Positions 23,201-35,248 of a stretch of 64,000 nucleotides of DNA are shown here, in pieces. The position numbers were made by a program, and so were the translations under genes. Numbering within the stretch: position 1 is the stretch's first letter; the number at the start of each line of letters is the position of its first letter. The notes below the pieces were generated by a model. The model did no database searches. It was given only the letters and a program-made list of their open reading frames with translations, and was not told the DNA's origin. Source of the DNA: Macrostomum lignano (taxonomy: Eukaryota); assembly GCA_002269645.1 (NCBI GenBank), contig NIVC01000462.1, forward strand, positions 77,468 through 141,467, in the 5' to 3' direction.

Positions 23201-26131
23201 GCCCGCCGCAAGGAGGGCATCAAGTCGGCCCGCAGCGTGTTCAAGCTGGCCCGCGCGGACCCGCACTGCACCTACCATATATTCGCCGCAGCCGCTCTCA
23301 TGGAGTACTTCTGCAGCAAGGACCCGGCACTGGGCCAGAGAATTTTCGACCTGGGCATGAAGAGATTCGGCCAGGTGCCGGAGTACGTGCTCTGCTACAC
23401 AGAGTACATGTCCCATCTGAATGAGGACAACAACACCCGGGTGCTGTTTGAGCGGGCGCTCACCTCCGGCTCTGTGCCAACGGAGAAGAGCCGGGTGATC
23501 TGGGCCAAGTTCTTGGAGTTTGAGACCAGCGTGGGCGACCTGGCCAGCGTGCTGAAGGTCGAGCGGCGTCGCCTGCAGGCTTTCCAGGGAGTTGAAGTGT
23601 TCCGTGGCAAGGAGACCGCGCTGCTCATTGACCGGTGAGTCTGTACCTGTAACCTGTGTCCGAGTATGTAACCTGTGTCCGAGTCTGTAACCTGTGTCTG
23701 AGTCTGTAACCTGTGTCCGGGTCTGTAACCTGTCTGAGTCTGTAACCTGTGTCCGAGTCTGTAACCTGTGTGTGTACCTGTGTCCGAGTCTAACCTGTGT
23801 CCGAATCTGTAACCTTTGTCCGAGTCTGTAACCTGTGTCCGAGTCTGTAACCCGGCTGTGTCCGAGTCTGTAACCTGTGTCCGAGTCTAACCTGTGTCCG
23901 AATCTGTAACCTTTGTCCGAGTCTGTAACCTGTGTCCGAGTCTGTAACCTGTGTCCGAGTCTGTAACCTGTGTCTGAGTCTGTAACCTGTGTCCGAGTCT
24001 AACCTGTGTCCGAATCTGTAATCTTTGTCCGAGTCTGTAACCTGTGTCCGAGTCTGTAACCCGGCTGTGTCCGAGTCTGTAACCTGTGTCTGAGTCTGTA
24101 ACCTGTGTCCGAGTCTGTAACCTGTGTCTGAGTCTGTAACCTGTGTCCGAGTCTGTAACCTGTGTCCGAGTCTGTAACCTGTGTCCGAGTCTGTAACCTG
24201 TGTCCGAGTCTGTAACCCGGCTGTGTCCGAGTCTGTAACCTGTGTCTGAGTCTGTAACCTGTGTCCGAGTCTGTAACCTGTGTCCGAGTCTGTAACCTGT
24301 GTCCGAGTCTGTAACCTGTGTCCGAGTCTGTAACCTGTGTCCGAGTCTTTAACCTGTGTCTGAGTCTGTAACCTGTGTCTGAGTCTGTAACCTGTGTCCG
24401 AGTCTGTAACCTGTGTCTGAGTCTGTAACCTGTGTCCGAGTCTGTAACCTGTGTCCGAGTCTGTAACCTGTGTCCGAGTCTGTAACCTGTGTCCGAGTCT
24501 GTAACCCGGCTGTGTCCGAGTCTGTAACCCGGCTGTGTCCGAGTCTGTAACCTGTGTCTGAGTCTGTAACCTGTGTCCGAGTCTGTAACCTGTGTCCGAG
24601 TCTGTAACCTGTGTCCAAGTCTGTAACCTGTGTCCGAGTCTGTAACCCGGCTGTGTCCCAGTCTGTAACCTGTGTCTGAGTCTGTAACCTGTGTCTGAGT
24701 CTGTAACCTGTGTCTGAGTCTGTAACCTGTGTCCGAGTCTGTAACCTGTGTCCGAGTCTGTAACCTGTGTCCAAGTCTGTAACCTGTGTCCGAGTCTGTA
24801 ACCCGGCTGTGTCCCAGTCTGTAACCTGTGTCTGAGTCTGTAACCTGTGTCTGAGTCTGTAACCTGTGTCCGAGTCTGTAACCTGTGTCCGAGTCTGTAA
24901 CCTGTGTCCGAGTCTGTAACCTGTGTCCGAGTCTTTAACCTGTGTCCGAGTCTGTAACCTGTGTCCGAGTCTGTAACCTGTGTCTGAGTCTGTAACCTGT
25001 GTCCGAGTCTGTAACCTGTGTCCGAGTCTGTAACCTGTGTCCGAGTCTGTAACCTGTGTCCGAGTCTGTAACCTGTGTCTGAGTCTGTAACCTGTGTCCG
25101 AGTCTGTAACCTGTGTCTGAGTCTGTAACCTGTGTCTGAGTCTGTAACCTGTATCCGAGTCTATAACCTGTGTCTGAGTTTGTAACCTGTGTCTAAGTCT
25201 GTAACCTGTGTCCGAGTCTGTAACCTGTGTCCGAGTCTGTAACCTGTGTCCGAGGTTGTAACCTGTGTCTAAACCTGTAACCCGGCTGTGCCCGAGCCTG
25301 TAACCCAACTGTGTCCTAGCCTATAACCGGCTGCGTCTTTGTGGAATATTTATTTTTATTTTCGTCTCAGGCTCCATGATCTAATCGTACTTCATCACCA
25401 GCCGCCCCGCTCCCCCCCCCCCCAGCTACAAGTTCATGGAGCTGTTCCCCTGCTCAGAGCAGGAGCTGCGGTCCCTGGGCTACACGGACCTGGCCAAGCT
25501 GTCCCTGGCCGGCCTATCCAACCCGGCCCTCAGCGGCCTGGCCACGGCCGCTGGCATCGACGGCTCCTTCTGGCTGCAGCAGTCGCGCGACGTCCAGGCC
25601 AAGCGGCCGGGCGGTGGTGCAGCCGCGGCCGCCTACGCCAAGCCCGACTTCAGCCAGATGCTGCCGTTCCGGCCGAGGGCGCACCCGCGGACCGACTCGC
25701 ACCCGGTGCCTGGCGGCGAGTTCCCGCTGCCGCCGGCCGCCTCCCACCTGGTGCGCATCCTGCCGCCGCCTACCTGCTTCCGCGGCCCGTTTGTCAACGT
25801 GGACCAGCTGATGGAGCAGATGGCCCAGCTGCCGGTGCCGGAGGACTACGTCAGGCGGCAGTACTCGGCCGAGGACCGCCAGATCGACCAGGGCACCGCC
25901 TTCAGCATCGAGGTGGCCACCAGCGGCCTGCCCAGCGGTCTGAAACGGCGCAACCTGTTCCCGCCTGATGCTCACCTGTCCTTCATGCTGCCGCCGCCGC
26001 CGCCCACCGCCGACCCGGCCGATCCGACCGTCATGCCGGCCGACGCCGAGGCCACCGGCGGCGGGAGCAGCGCTGGCGGAGCCCCTGCGGAGACCTACAG
26101 GCACCGGCTGCAGAAGCGAATCAAAACCTGA
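17237..26131 (+). CDS. CSTF3: Cleavage stimulation factor 77 kDa subunit (CstF-77 / Suppressor of forked), HAT-repeat protein, 755 aa
   Basis: Exons 17237-17248, 18286-18477, 19408-19440, 19530-19739, 20828-21185, 21963-22072, 22170-22283, 23102-23634, 25426-26131 join in frame (2268 nt). Motifs match CSTF3: [135 protein letters not shown]. The 4-codon first exon (ATG GAC AGA TCG|GTAAGT) is slightly less certain. Confidence 0.96.
17300..18235. repeat. 23-bp minisatellite, CSTF3 intron 1
   Basis: Unit CCCTTCAATCCCGTACAGAATCG. Confidence 0.95.
18505..18675. repeat. G-rich 24-bp repeat, CSTF3 intron 2
   Basis: Unit TTGGGGTGGAGTGTGGGCAGGGAA. Confidence 0.9.
18690..19360. repeat. 27-bp minisatellite containing TTAGGG, CSTF3 intron 2
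   Basis: Unit GCTAGAGATTAGGGTAGAGTGTGCATG. Confidence 0.96.
19830..20800. repeat. 23-bp minisatellite, CSTF3 intron 4
   Basis: Unit CTAGAATCGCCTGAGATATCTCC, with the internal palindrome GAGATATCTC. Confidence 0.97.
21200..21915. repeat. 23-bp minisatellite, CSTF3 intron 5
   Basis: Unit GATCCCAAATATCCCTCAATTCA. Confidence 0.96.
22328..22333 (+). promoter_or_regulatory. Candidate intronic polyadenylation signal in CSTF3 intron 7
   Basis: AATAAA lies 44 nt into the intron and 26 nt after an in-frame TAA (22299-22301). GU-rich TTGTGT motifs follow. Confidence 0.4.
22340..23030. repeat. 21-bp minisatellite, CSTF3 intron 7
   Basis: Unit GAGATTATCTGAGAATTGTGT, degenerate at both edges. Confidence 0.93.
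23637..25330. repeat. 19-bp minisatellite, CSTF3 intron 8
   Basis: Unit GAGTCTGTAACCTGTGTCC; ~85-90 copies. Confidence 0.98.
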
Positions 26132-26209
26132 TGCTGCGGCCTGACTGGGCTGCTTTCTGTTGTCATCTGTTCTTGTTAGTGCTGCGGCAGTCCGGCTCCG
26201 ATCGATTGG

Positions 26210-26565
26210 AGAGCTTGTATTCTGAGGCATGAGATTTGGATAGCTTGTTCTCTGAGGCATGAGATTTGGATAGCTTGTACTCTGAGGGCATGATTTGGAT
26301 AGTTTGTTCTCTGAGGGCAAGATTTGGATAGCTTGTACTCTGAGGCATGAGATTTGGATAGCTTACTCTGAGGGCAAGATTTGGATAGCTTGTACTCTGA
26401 GGGCATGATTTGGATAGCTTGTACTCTGAGGGCAAGATTTGGATAGTTTGTACTCTGAGGCCATGAGATTTGGATAGTTTGTACTCTGAGGCCATGAGAT
26501 TTGGATAGCTTACTCTGAGGGCAAGATTTGGATAGCTTGTATTCTGAGGCTATGAGATTTGGAGA
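26210..26565. repeat. 29-30-bp minisatellite just 3' of the CSTF3 stop
   Basis: Unit CTCTGAGGGCAAGATTTGGATAGCTTGTA and variants. Confidence 0.93.
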
Positions 26566-27176
26566 TCTTAGACTGTTGGTGTAGGAGATTTTGAAATCTT
26601 TCCTTGTGGGATCATGAGATGTAAAGAATATCCTACTCTAATTGGACGAGAAGGAGAATGTGACATTCGAGCCATCACTGACTGTCGGAGATCGCTGTTA
26701 CTGCAGTACATGCAATTATTTTACATTGTCAACTTGGAATTCAAATGCATTGCCACATTTTAATGGTATCCCAGTGTCTGCTCTGGCATGCCGGTGTCGT
26801 GTAATTATTTATTAGTTTCATAATTGTTAAATTATGCGCTTTGCAGCTCCCAGCAGGTGTGTGTGTTTAAGCCACCCTACCTGACTTGACAGTTTCTTAT
26901 TTGATGCATTCTGTACTAGCTAATTAACAGTGTGCTGTATTTATGCGAATTAAATAATAACCCCTAACTGTTAAATATTGGCATTCATTTTTAATCATTT
27001 TGAAAAATATCTTGCTCATAGTTGGGTCTGTTTTCACTGAAAGTTAGTGAAAGACAACACAAGTGGTTGCCATAGCGACTATTCATGTAGTTGGCAGGCT
27101 GCGACCAGAAGAACAGAGGATCTCAGCAATGACATGCGAGTGTAATTTTATGACACCACAAATGTTTAAGTGTTTA

Positions 27177-27580
27177 AGACTCAGATATGAGATTCTACTG
27201 ATCATTAGAGCGTGCCAGTCGGTGTCTTCCCGCAAAGAATCGTGTCTTTAGCTTTATCCGCTTTCCAGATATTCGAAGACGGCGATTCCGAAAAATTGCA
27301 ATGCATTCAAAACAGGGAAATCCGGGAAAATCAATCAGGAATTGCCTAAATGTAAAGGTAGACTCAGATATGAGATTCTACAGGTCATTAGGGCGTGCCA
27401 GTCGGTGTCTTCCCGCTAAAAATCGTGTCTCTAGCTTTATCCGCTTTCCATATATTCGAAGGCGGCGATTCCGAAAAATTGCAATGCAATCAAAAATCAA
27501 ATTAATCTAGAGACACGATTCTTTCTGTAGGTGATACCGACTGGCACACTAATGATGTGTAGAATCTCATATTTGAGTCT
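27177..27580. repeat. Direct plus inverted repeat cassette (MITE-like)
   Basis: 27177-27300 is repeated at 27357-27485, and 27510-27580 is the reverse complement of 27177-27248. Confidence 0.8.
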
Positions 27581-27849
27581 ACTGATACAGCTTGGCAATG
27601 TATACAAGCCTTTTGACTGTCAACTGTCACCCCACCGTGTCATTCTCTCTCTGTTGCGGTTTGGTGGGGAAGGGCGGTTCTCCCCCAATCGCCCAGCTTC
27701 AACCAATAGGAACAAAATACTATAGAATTCCAGAACGATTCCATGGAAAAATTGTGTCTTTCCGTGAACCCAACTGTAATAATAATATTACATGTAGTTT
27801 AATCTCCAGGTGATCTGCAGAAAAATGAGCAATTTAAGCATTTCGCCTC

Positions 27850-28760
27850 ACCAGAAAGGAGTTTCCATGATAAGAGCAAAGAAACTGAGCTCAGTGGGTA
27901 CTCTTTGGATAAGTGCCGAAGCCGGTCTTGTACTCGGCCCAGAGCCGGTCGAAGCCCAGCACGTCCGACACCCGCAGGTTGACGGTCTCGAAGCACTGCT
28001 GAGTGCCCACAGTGTGGAACTCCTGAGTTTGCGGTTTCGTGAAATCTTTAAAGTATTTTTCTTGTGATAGAAATCGATGTGGACTGTCAGAGATATTAGC
28101 TGTTGATCCAGAAAGCAATCAAAATACTTTTACAGCCTTGTTTAAATTAAACTCATGCAACAAAAGCAGCAACTGCTAGCAATTACTTTCACATAACTAT
28201 TGGCATAATATTGTTACGTGACATTGCCGGCCCCACAGCGCTGAGGCAGTTATGACTATTTCGCTGACTCCTGAGCTGAGCTCATACCTTCATGCAGGCT
28301 TGAAGATGCAGTACGCAGGAGCGCACTCGTTCGTCTGATCGTCAAGCATGCGCACTGTATGAGCCTTGGGGATTTTCCCGCATGGTGGGAATCAGAGAAA
28401 CTAGACCCCTCAGCTAATTTCTGAGAACAAGGCCCAATTAATGCGGCCGCGCACACAGAATCGAACCAAGGCCCAAGGCCGGTCGTGGCGCGCGAGCCGC
28501 TGAGCTGCTCAGAGAAACTGCTACTCGCTGGCACAGAAACTGGATCCGGAGAATCCGAAACTCGCGCGATCGTCTTCAATGCAGACACGATTTACTCAGC
28601 AGACCGTGATATCGAAAAGCACTTTTCCAACACTCACATAGACGGTCAGCTCAGAGCTGTTCGGAGGCTGCTCGAACCAGCGGCACAGCGGGTAGTCGGT
28701 GAGCAGAGAGCAGTTGCTGGAGTTGAACACAATCCCACGACAGGCCGGTACCTCGCTGCT
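27850..28760 (-). pseudogene. Fibrinogen-related paralog remnant (copy 1): part of exon 3 and a disrupted exon 4 only
   Basis: 28638-28759 matches exon 3 (EVPACRGIVFNSSNCSLLTDYPLCRWFEQPP) and is cut off by a 23-bp array. 28022-27852 matches exon 4 (FDRLWAEYKTGFGTY) but has a 39-bp insertion with an in-frame TGA. No exon 1, 2 or 5 homologs were found nearby. Confidence 0.85.
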
Positions 28761-28764
28761 TTCT

Positions 28765-29245
28765 CTACTAGCACTGATCTAGGGACTCTACCAGCACTGA
28801 TCTAGGGACTCTACCAGCACTGATCTAGGGACTCTACCAGCACTGATCTAGGGACTCTACCAGCACTGATCTAGGGACTCTACCAGCACTGATCTAGGGA
28901 CTTTACCAGCACTGATCTGGGGACTCTACCAGCACTGATCTGGGGACTCTACTAGCACTGATCTGGGGACTCTACTAGCACTGATCTGGGGACTCTACTA
29001 GCACTGATCTGGGGACTCTACTAGCACTGATCTAGGGACTCTACTAGCACTGATATAGGAACTCTACTAGCACTGATATAGGAACTCTACCAGCACTGAT
29101 CTAGGGACTTTACCAGCACTGATCTAGGGACTCTACTAGCACTGATCTATGAACTCTACTAGCACTGATCTAGGGACTCTACTAGCACTGATCTAGGGAC
29201 TCTACTAGCACTGATCTAGGGACTCTACTAGCACTGATTTAGGGA
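28765..29245. repeat. 23-bp minisatellite truncating FReD copy 1
   Basis: Unit AGCACTGATCTAGGGACTCTACT; ~20 copies. Confidence 0.96.
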
Positions 29246-29495
29246 CTTGTAGTTTACGACCTTCTTTGCCTTCACGCTATTCTCTGACTAGGCGCTTTAG
29301 CCCTCTGTCCAACGTGCACTAGCACTGGCCCCGTCAACGTAACACGTCTGTATCCGCACGTCGGCAGTGAGTCTATATATATAGCTCAAATATGCAGTCC
29401 ACGAGACCAGGTTTTTCGCCACACACAAGCGCACTACAATTGCATCGCAAGCAAGCCTCCCACACCACCCCCATTGAACTTGCGCGAGGAGCCCC

Positions 29496-30074
29496 ATGCG
29501 GCACATACAAAGTGGAGCAAGTGTTGGCTCAGTTCCGCAGCTGTTCGCCGCGGCCGCTGACATCTCTGACAAGAGGCGACTTCGCCAACTCCTATACACA
29601 GCGAGCGAGGACCTACAGGCCATTGCAGCCGGTATCGCCGAAGCCGGTGATGACGTCGACAAGCTCATCAAGGCTCTCAATGAGCACTTCATCAGCCAGC
29701 TCAACTTGCCCTTCACCCGCTACCAGTTCCGTCTGTGCATCCAGCAAACCGGAGAGTCCCTGGACGACTGGATGCGGCGGCTCAGCGACACCGCGGACTG
29801 CTGCAAATTCGAAGGCCTCCGGGACTTGCTGATCCGCGACCAGCTGATTTCCGGCTGCAGCTCCGAGCAGCTCCGCAGGAAGCTGCTGGCCATGGACAAC
29901 GTGGACCTGGGCCAGGCGGTCCGGGTGGCCAGGGCCATGGAGGCAGCTGAGGCGCAGGCCAGCCTCATGGAGACCAGCGCAGCGACCGTGCAACGGCTGT
30001 GGAAGCGCGAGTTCAGGCCATGCGCCTCAGGGACGCCAGCACCAGCTCAATCAATCAGTTGGGATCGTCTTTAA
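29496..30074 (+). mobile_element. Ty3/Gypsy-type gag fragment (truncated)
   Basis: RYQFRLCIQQTGESLDDWMRRLSDTADCCKFEGLRDLLIRDQLISGCSSEQLRRKLLAMDNVDLGQAVRVARAME fits the retrotransposon gag pattern Q..GES...Y..RL..LA..C.F...D.LIRD.L..G.....R.KLL. The ORF stops before any zinc knuckle or pol, and no LTR/PBS was found next to it. Confidence 0.8.
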
Positions 30075-30229
30075 TATGATTGAACAATGTTACATTCTCC
30101 AGCGAGCAAACATGCATGTATAGTGACTGATAAAGCAGACCTCAATGACTACCCAAGTATATTCAAGGATAACAAGTTGGCAATAAAATCTCTATAACTG
30201 CGCGGCAATGGCCTCCTGTTCTCCGGTTG

Positions 30230-30360
30230 CTCAGGCTTCTTCTCAAACTCGCGCGTCGACATCGCGCGTCGACATGTGTGATGCTTCTTCCGCGGACGTA
30301 TGCGATATCGTAGTCGAAAGCGGCCAGTTGGATCGCCCACCGCGTGATTCTCGCCGACGG
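30230..30360 (-). mobile_element. Gypsy pol remnant (RNase H end/connector)
   Basis: SARITRWAIQLAAFDYDIAYVRGRSITHVDA resembles RI.RWAL.L..YDY.I.Y.PG..N..ADAL. It lies opposite in orientation to the adjacent gag. Confidence 0.65.
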
Positions 30361-30404
30361 GACATTCTTGATCTCCTTGGCTAGGCTGGAGGACAAAGAT
30401 GAAC

Positions 30405-33400
30405 AGTGGAGCACAGAGATGAGTTCAGTGGAGCACAGATAAACAGTGGAGCACAGAGATGAGTACAGTGGAGCACAGAGATGAGTTCAGTGGAGCACAG
30501 ATAAACAGTGGAGCACAGAGATGAGTACAGTGGAGCACAGAGATGATTACAGTGGAGCACAGAGATGAGTTCAGTGGAGCACAGAGATGATTACAGTGGA
30601 GCACAAAGATGAGTTCAGTGGAGCACAGAGATTATTACAGTGGAGCACAGAGATGATTACAGTGGAGCACAGAGATGATTACAGTGGAGCACAGAGATGA
30701 GTGCAGTGGAGCACAGATAACAGTGGAGTACAGAGAGATTAGTACAGTGGAGCACTGAGATGATTACAGTGGAGCACAAAGATGAGTTCAGTGGAGCACA
30801 GAGATTATTACAGTGGAGCACAGAGATGATTACAGTGGAGCACAGAGATGATTACAGTGGAGCACAGAGATGAGTGCAGTGGAGCACAGAGATGAGTGCA
30901 GTGGAGCACAGATAAACAGTGGAGTACAGAGAGATTAGTACAGTGGAGCACTGAGATAAACAGTGGAACACAGAGATGAGTACAGTGGAGCACAGAGATG
31001 ATTACAGTGGAGCACAGAGATGATTGCAGTGGAGCACATAGATGATTACAGTGGAGCACTGAGATAAACAGTGGAGCACAGAGATGAGTGCAGTGGAGCA
31101 CTGAGATGATTACAGTGGAGCACTGAGATAAACAGTGGAGCACAGAGATGAGTGCAGTGGAGCACTGAGATGAGTACAGTGGAACACAGAGATAAGTACA
31201 GTGGAACACAGAGATAAGCACAGGGACGATTACAGTGGAGCACAGAGATGATTGCAGTGGAGCACAGAGATGAGTTCAGTGGAGCACAGAGATGAGTTCA
31301 GTGGAGCACAGAGATGAGTTCAGTGGAGCACAGAGATGAGTGCAGTGGAGCACAGATAAACAGTGGAGTACAGAGAGATTAGTACAGTGGAGCACAGAGA
31401 TGATTACAGTGGAGCACAGAGATGATTGCAGTGGAGCACAGAGATGAGTTCAGTGGAGCACAGAGATAAGTACAGTGGAACACAGAGATAAGTACAGTGG
31501 AACACAGAGATAAGTACAGTGGAACACAGAGATAAGTACAGTGGAACACAGAGATGAGTTCAGTGGAGCACAAATATGAGTTCAGTGGAGCACAGATAAA
31601 CAGTGGAGCACAGAGATAAACAGTGGAGCACAGAGATAAACAGTGGAGCAGAGATGATTACAGTGGAGCACTGAGATAAACAGTGGAGCACAGAGATGAG
31701 TGCAGTGGAGCACTGAGATGAGTACAGTGGAACACAGAGATAAGTACAGTGGAACACAGAGATAAGTACAGTGGAACACAGAGATGAGTACAGTGGAGCA
31801 CAGAGATGAGTACAGTGGAGCACAGAGATAAACAGTGGAGCACAGAGATGAGTGCAGTGGAGCAGAGATGATTACAGTGGAGCACAGAGATGAGTGCAGT
31901 GGAACACAGAGATAAGTACAGTGGAACACAGAGATGAGTACAGTGGAACACAGAGATAAGTACAGTGGAACACAGAGATAAGTACAGTGGAACACAGAGA
32001 TAAGTACAGTGGAACACAGAGATGAGTTCAGTGGAGCACAAATATGAGTTCAGTGGAGCACAGATAAACAGTGGAGCACAGAGATAAACAGTGGAGCAGA
32101 GATGATTACAGTGGAGCACAGAGATGAGTGCAGTGGAGCACAGATAAACAGTGGAGTACAGAGAGATTAGTACAGTGGAGCACAGAGATGATTACAGTGG
32201 AGCACAGAGATGATTGCAGTGGAGCACAGAGATGAGTTCAGTGGAGCACAGAGATGAGTTCAGTGGAGCACAGAGATGAGTTCAGTGGAGCACAGAGATG
32301 AGTGCAGTGGAGCACAGATAAACAGTGGAGTACAGAGAGATTAGTACAGTGGAGCACAGAGATGATTACAGTGGAGCACAGAGATGATTGCAGTGGAGCA
32401 CAGAGATGAGTTCAGTGGAGCACAGAGATAAGTACAGTGGAACACAGAGATAAGTACAGTGGAACACAGAGATAAGTACAGTGGAACACAGAGATAAGTA
32501 CAGTGGAACACAGAGATGAGTTCAGTGGAGCACAAATATGAGTTCAGTGGAGCACAGATAAACAGTGGAGCACAGAGATAAACAGTGGAGCAGAGATGAT
32601 TACAGTGGAGCACAGAGATGAGTGCAGTGGAGCACAGATAAACAGTGGAGTACAGAGAGATTAGTACAGTGGAGCACAGAGATGAGTACAGTGGAACACA
32701 GAGATAAGTACAGTGGAACACAGAGATAAGTACAGTGGAACACAGAGATAAGTACAGTGGAACACAGAGATGATTACAGTGGAGCACAGAGATGAGTGCA
32801 GTGGAACACAGAGATAAGTACAGTGGAACACAGAGATAAGTACAGTGGAACACAGAGATGATTACAGTGGAGCACAGAGATGAGTGCAGTGGAGCACAGA
32901 TAACAGTGGAGTACAGAGAGATTAGTACAGTGGAGCACTGAGATGATTACAGTGGAGCACAAAGATGAGTTCAGTGGAGCACAGAGATTATTACAGTGGA
33001 GCACAGAGATGATTACAGTGGAGCACAGAGATGATTACAGTGGAGCACAGAGATGAGTGCAGTGGAGCACAGAGATGAGTGCAGTGGAGCACAGATAAAC
33101 AGTGGAGTACAGAGAGATTAGTACAGTGGAGCACTGAGATAAACAGTGGAACACAGAGATGAGTACAGTGGAGCACAGAGATGATTACAGTGGAGCACAG
33201 AGATGATTGCAGTGGAGCACATAGATGATTACAGTGGAGCACTGAGATAAACAGTGGAGCACAGAGATGAGTGCAGTGGAGCACTGAGATGATTACAGTG
33301 GAGCACTGAGATAAACAGTGGAGCACAGAGATGAGTGCAGTGGAGCACTGAGATGAGTACAGTGGAACACAGAGATAAGTACAGTGGAACACAGAGATAA

Positions 33401-35248
33401 GCACAGGGACGATTACAGTGGAGCACAGAGATGATTGCAGTGGAGCACAGAGATGAGTTCAGTGGAGCACAGAGATGAGTTCAGTGGAGCACAGAGATGA
33501 GTTCAGTGGAGCACAGAGATGAGTGCAGTGGAGCACAGATAAACAGTGGAGTACAGAGAGATTAGTACAGTGGAGCACAGAGATGATTACAGTGGAGCAC
33601 AGAGATGATTGCAGTGGAGCACAGAGATGAGTTCAGTGGAGCACAGAGATAAGTACAGTGGAACACAGAGATAAGTACAGTGGAACACAGAGATAAGTAC
33701 AGTGGAACACAGAGATAAGTACAGTGGAACACAGAGATGAGTTCAGTGGAGCACAAATATGAGTTCAGTGGAGCACAGATAAACAGTGGAGCACAGAGAT
33801 AAACAGTGGAGCACAGAGATAAACAGTGGAGCAGAGATGATTACAGTGGAGCACTGAGATAAACAGTGGAGCACAGAGATGAGTGCAGTGGAGCACTGAG
33901 ATGAGTACAGTGGAACACAGAGATAAGTACAGTGGAACACAGAGATAAGTACAGTGGAACACAGAGATGAGTACAGTGGAGCACAGAGATGAGTACAGTG
34001 GAGCACAGAGATAAACAGTGGAGCACAGAGATGAGTGCAGTGGAGCAGAGATGATTACAGTGGAGCACAGAGATGAGTGCAGTGGAACACAGAGATAAGT
34101 ACAGTGGAACACAGAGATGAGTACAGTGGAACACAGAGATAAGTACAGTGGAACACAGAGATAAGTACAGTGGAACACAGAGATAAGTACAGTGGAACAC
34201 AGAGATGAGTTCAGTGGAGCACAAATATGAGTTCAGTGGAGCACAGATAAACAGTGGAGCACAGAGATAAACAGTGGAGCAGAGATGATTACAGTGGAGC
34301 ACAGAGATGAGTGCAGTGGAGCACAGATAAACAGTGGAGTACAGAGAGATTAGTACAGTGGAGCACAGAGATGATTACAGTGGAGCACAGAGATGATTGC
34401 AGTGGAGCACAGAGATGAGTTCAGTGGAGCACAGAGATGAGTTCAGTGGAGCACAGAGATGAGTTCAGTGGAGCACAGAGATGAGTGCAGTGGAGCACAG
34501 ATAAACAGTGGAGTACAGAGAGATTAGTACAGTGGAGCACAGAGATGATTACAGTGGAGCACAGAGATGATTGCAGTGGAGCACAGAGATGAGTTCAGTG
34601 GAGCACAGAGATAAGTACAGTGGAACACAGAGATAAGTACAGTGGAACACAGAGATAAGTACAGTGGAACACAGAGATAAGTACAGTGGAACACAGAGAT
34701 GAGTTCAGTGGAGCACAAATATGAGTTCAGTGGAGCACAGATAAACAGTGGAGCACAGAGATAAACAGTGGAGCAGAGATGATTACAGTGGAGCACAGAG
34801 ATGAGTGCAGTGGAGCACAGATAAACAGTGGAGTACAGAGAGATTAGTACAGTGGAGCACAGAGATGAGTACAGTGGAACACAGAGATAAGTACAGTGGA
34901 ACACAGAGATAAGTACAGTGGAACACAGAGATAAGTACAGTGGAACACAGAGATGATTACAGTGGAGCACAGAGATGAGTGCAGTGGAACACAGAGATAA
35001 GTACAGTGGAACACAGAGATAAGTACAGTGGAACACAGAGATAAGTACAGTGGAACACAGAGATGAGTTCAGTGGAGCACAAATATGAGTTCAGTGGAGC
35101 ACAGATAAACAGTGGAGCACAGAGATAAACAGTGGAGCACAGAGATAAACAGTGGAGCAGAGATGATTACAGTGGAGCACAGAGATGAGTGCAGTGGAGC
35201 ACAGATAAACAGTGGAGTACAGAGAGATGATTGCAGTGGAGCACAGAG
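30405..35248. repeat. 22-bp satellite, left part, with a 2183-bp higher-order repeat
   Basis: Unit CAGTGGAGCACAGAGATGAGTT with recurring variants. The rare variant GCACAGGGAC occurs at 31218 and 33401, and duplicated ORFs are offset by 2183. Confidence 0.98.

Noticed and set aside
25514-26320. 268-aa antisense ORF over the last CSTF3 exon (likewise antisense ORFs over other exons)
   Set aside because: It is a shadow ORF of GC3-rich coding sequence plus a repeat, with no recognisable motifs.
29248-29344. TG...CA stretch before the gag fragment as a possible LTR
   Set aside because: It is only 97 bp, with no second copy, PBS or TSD.
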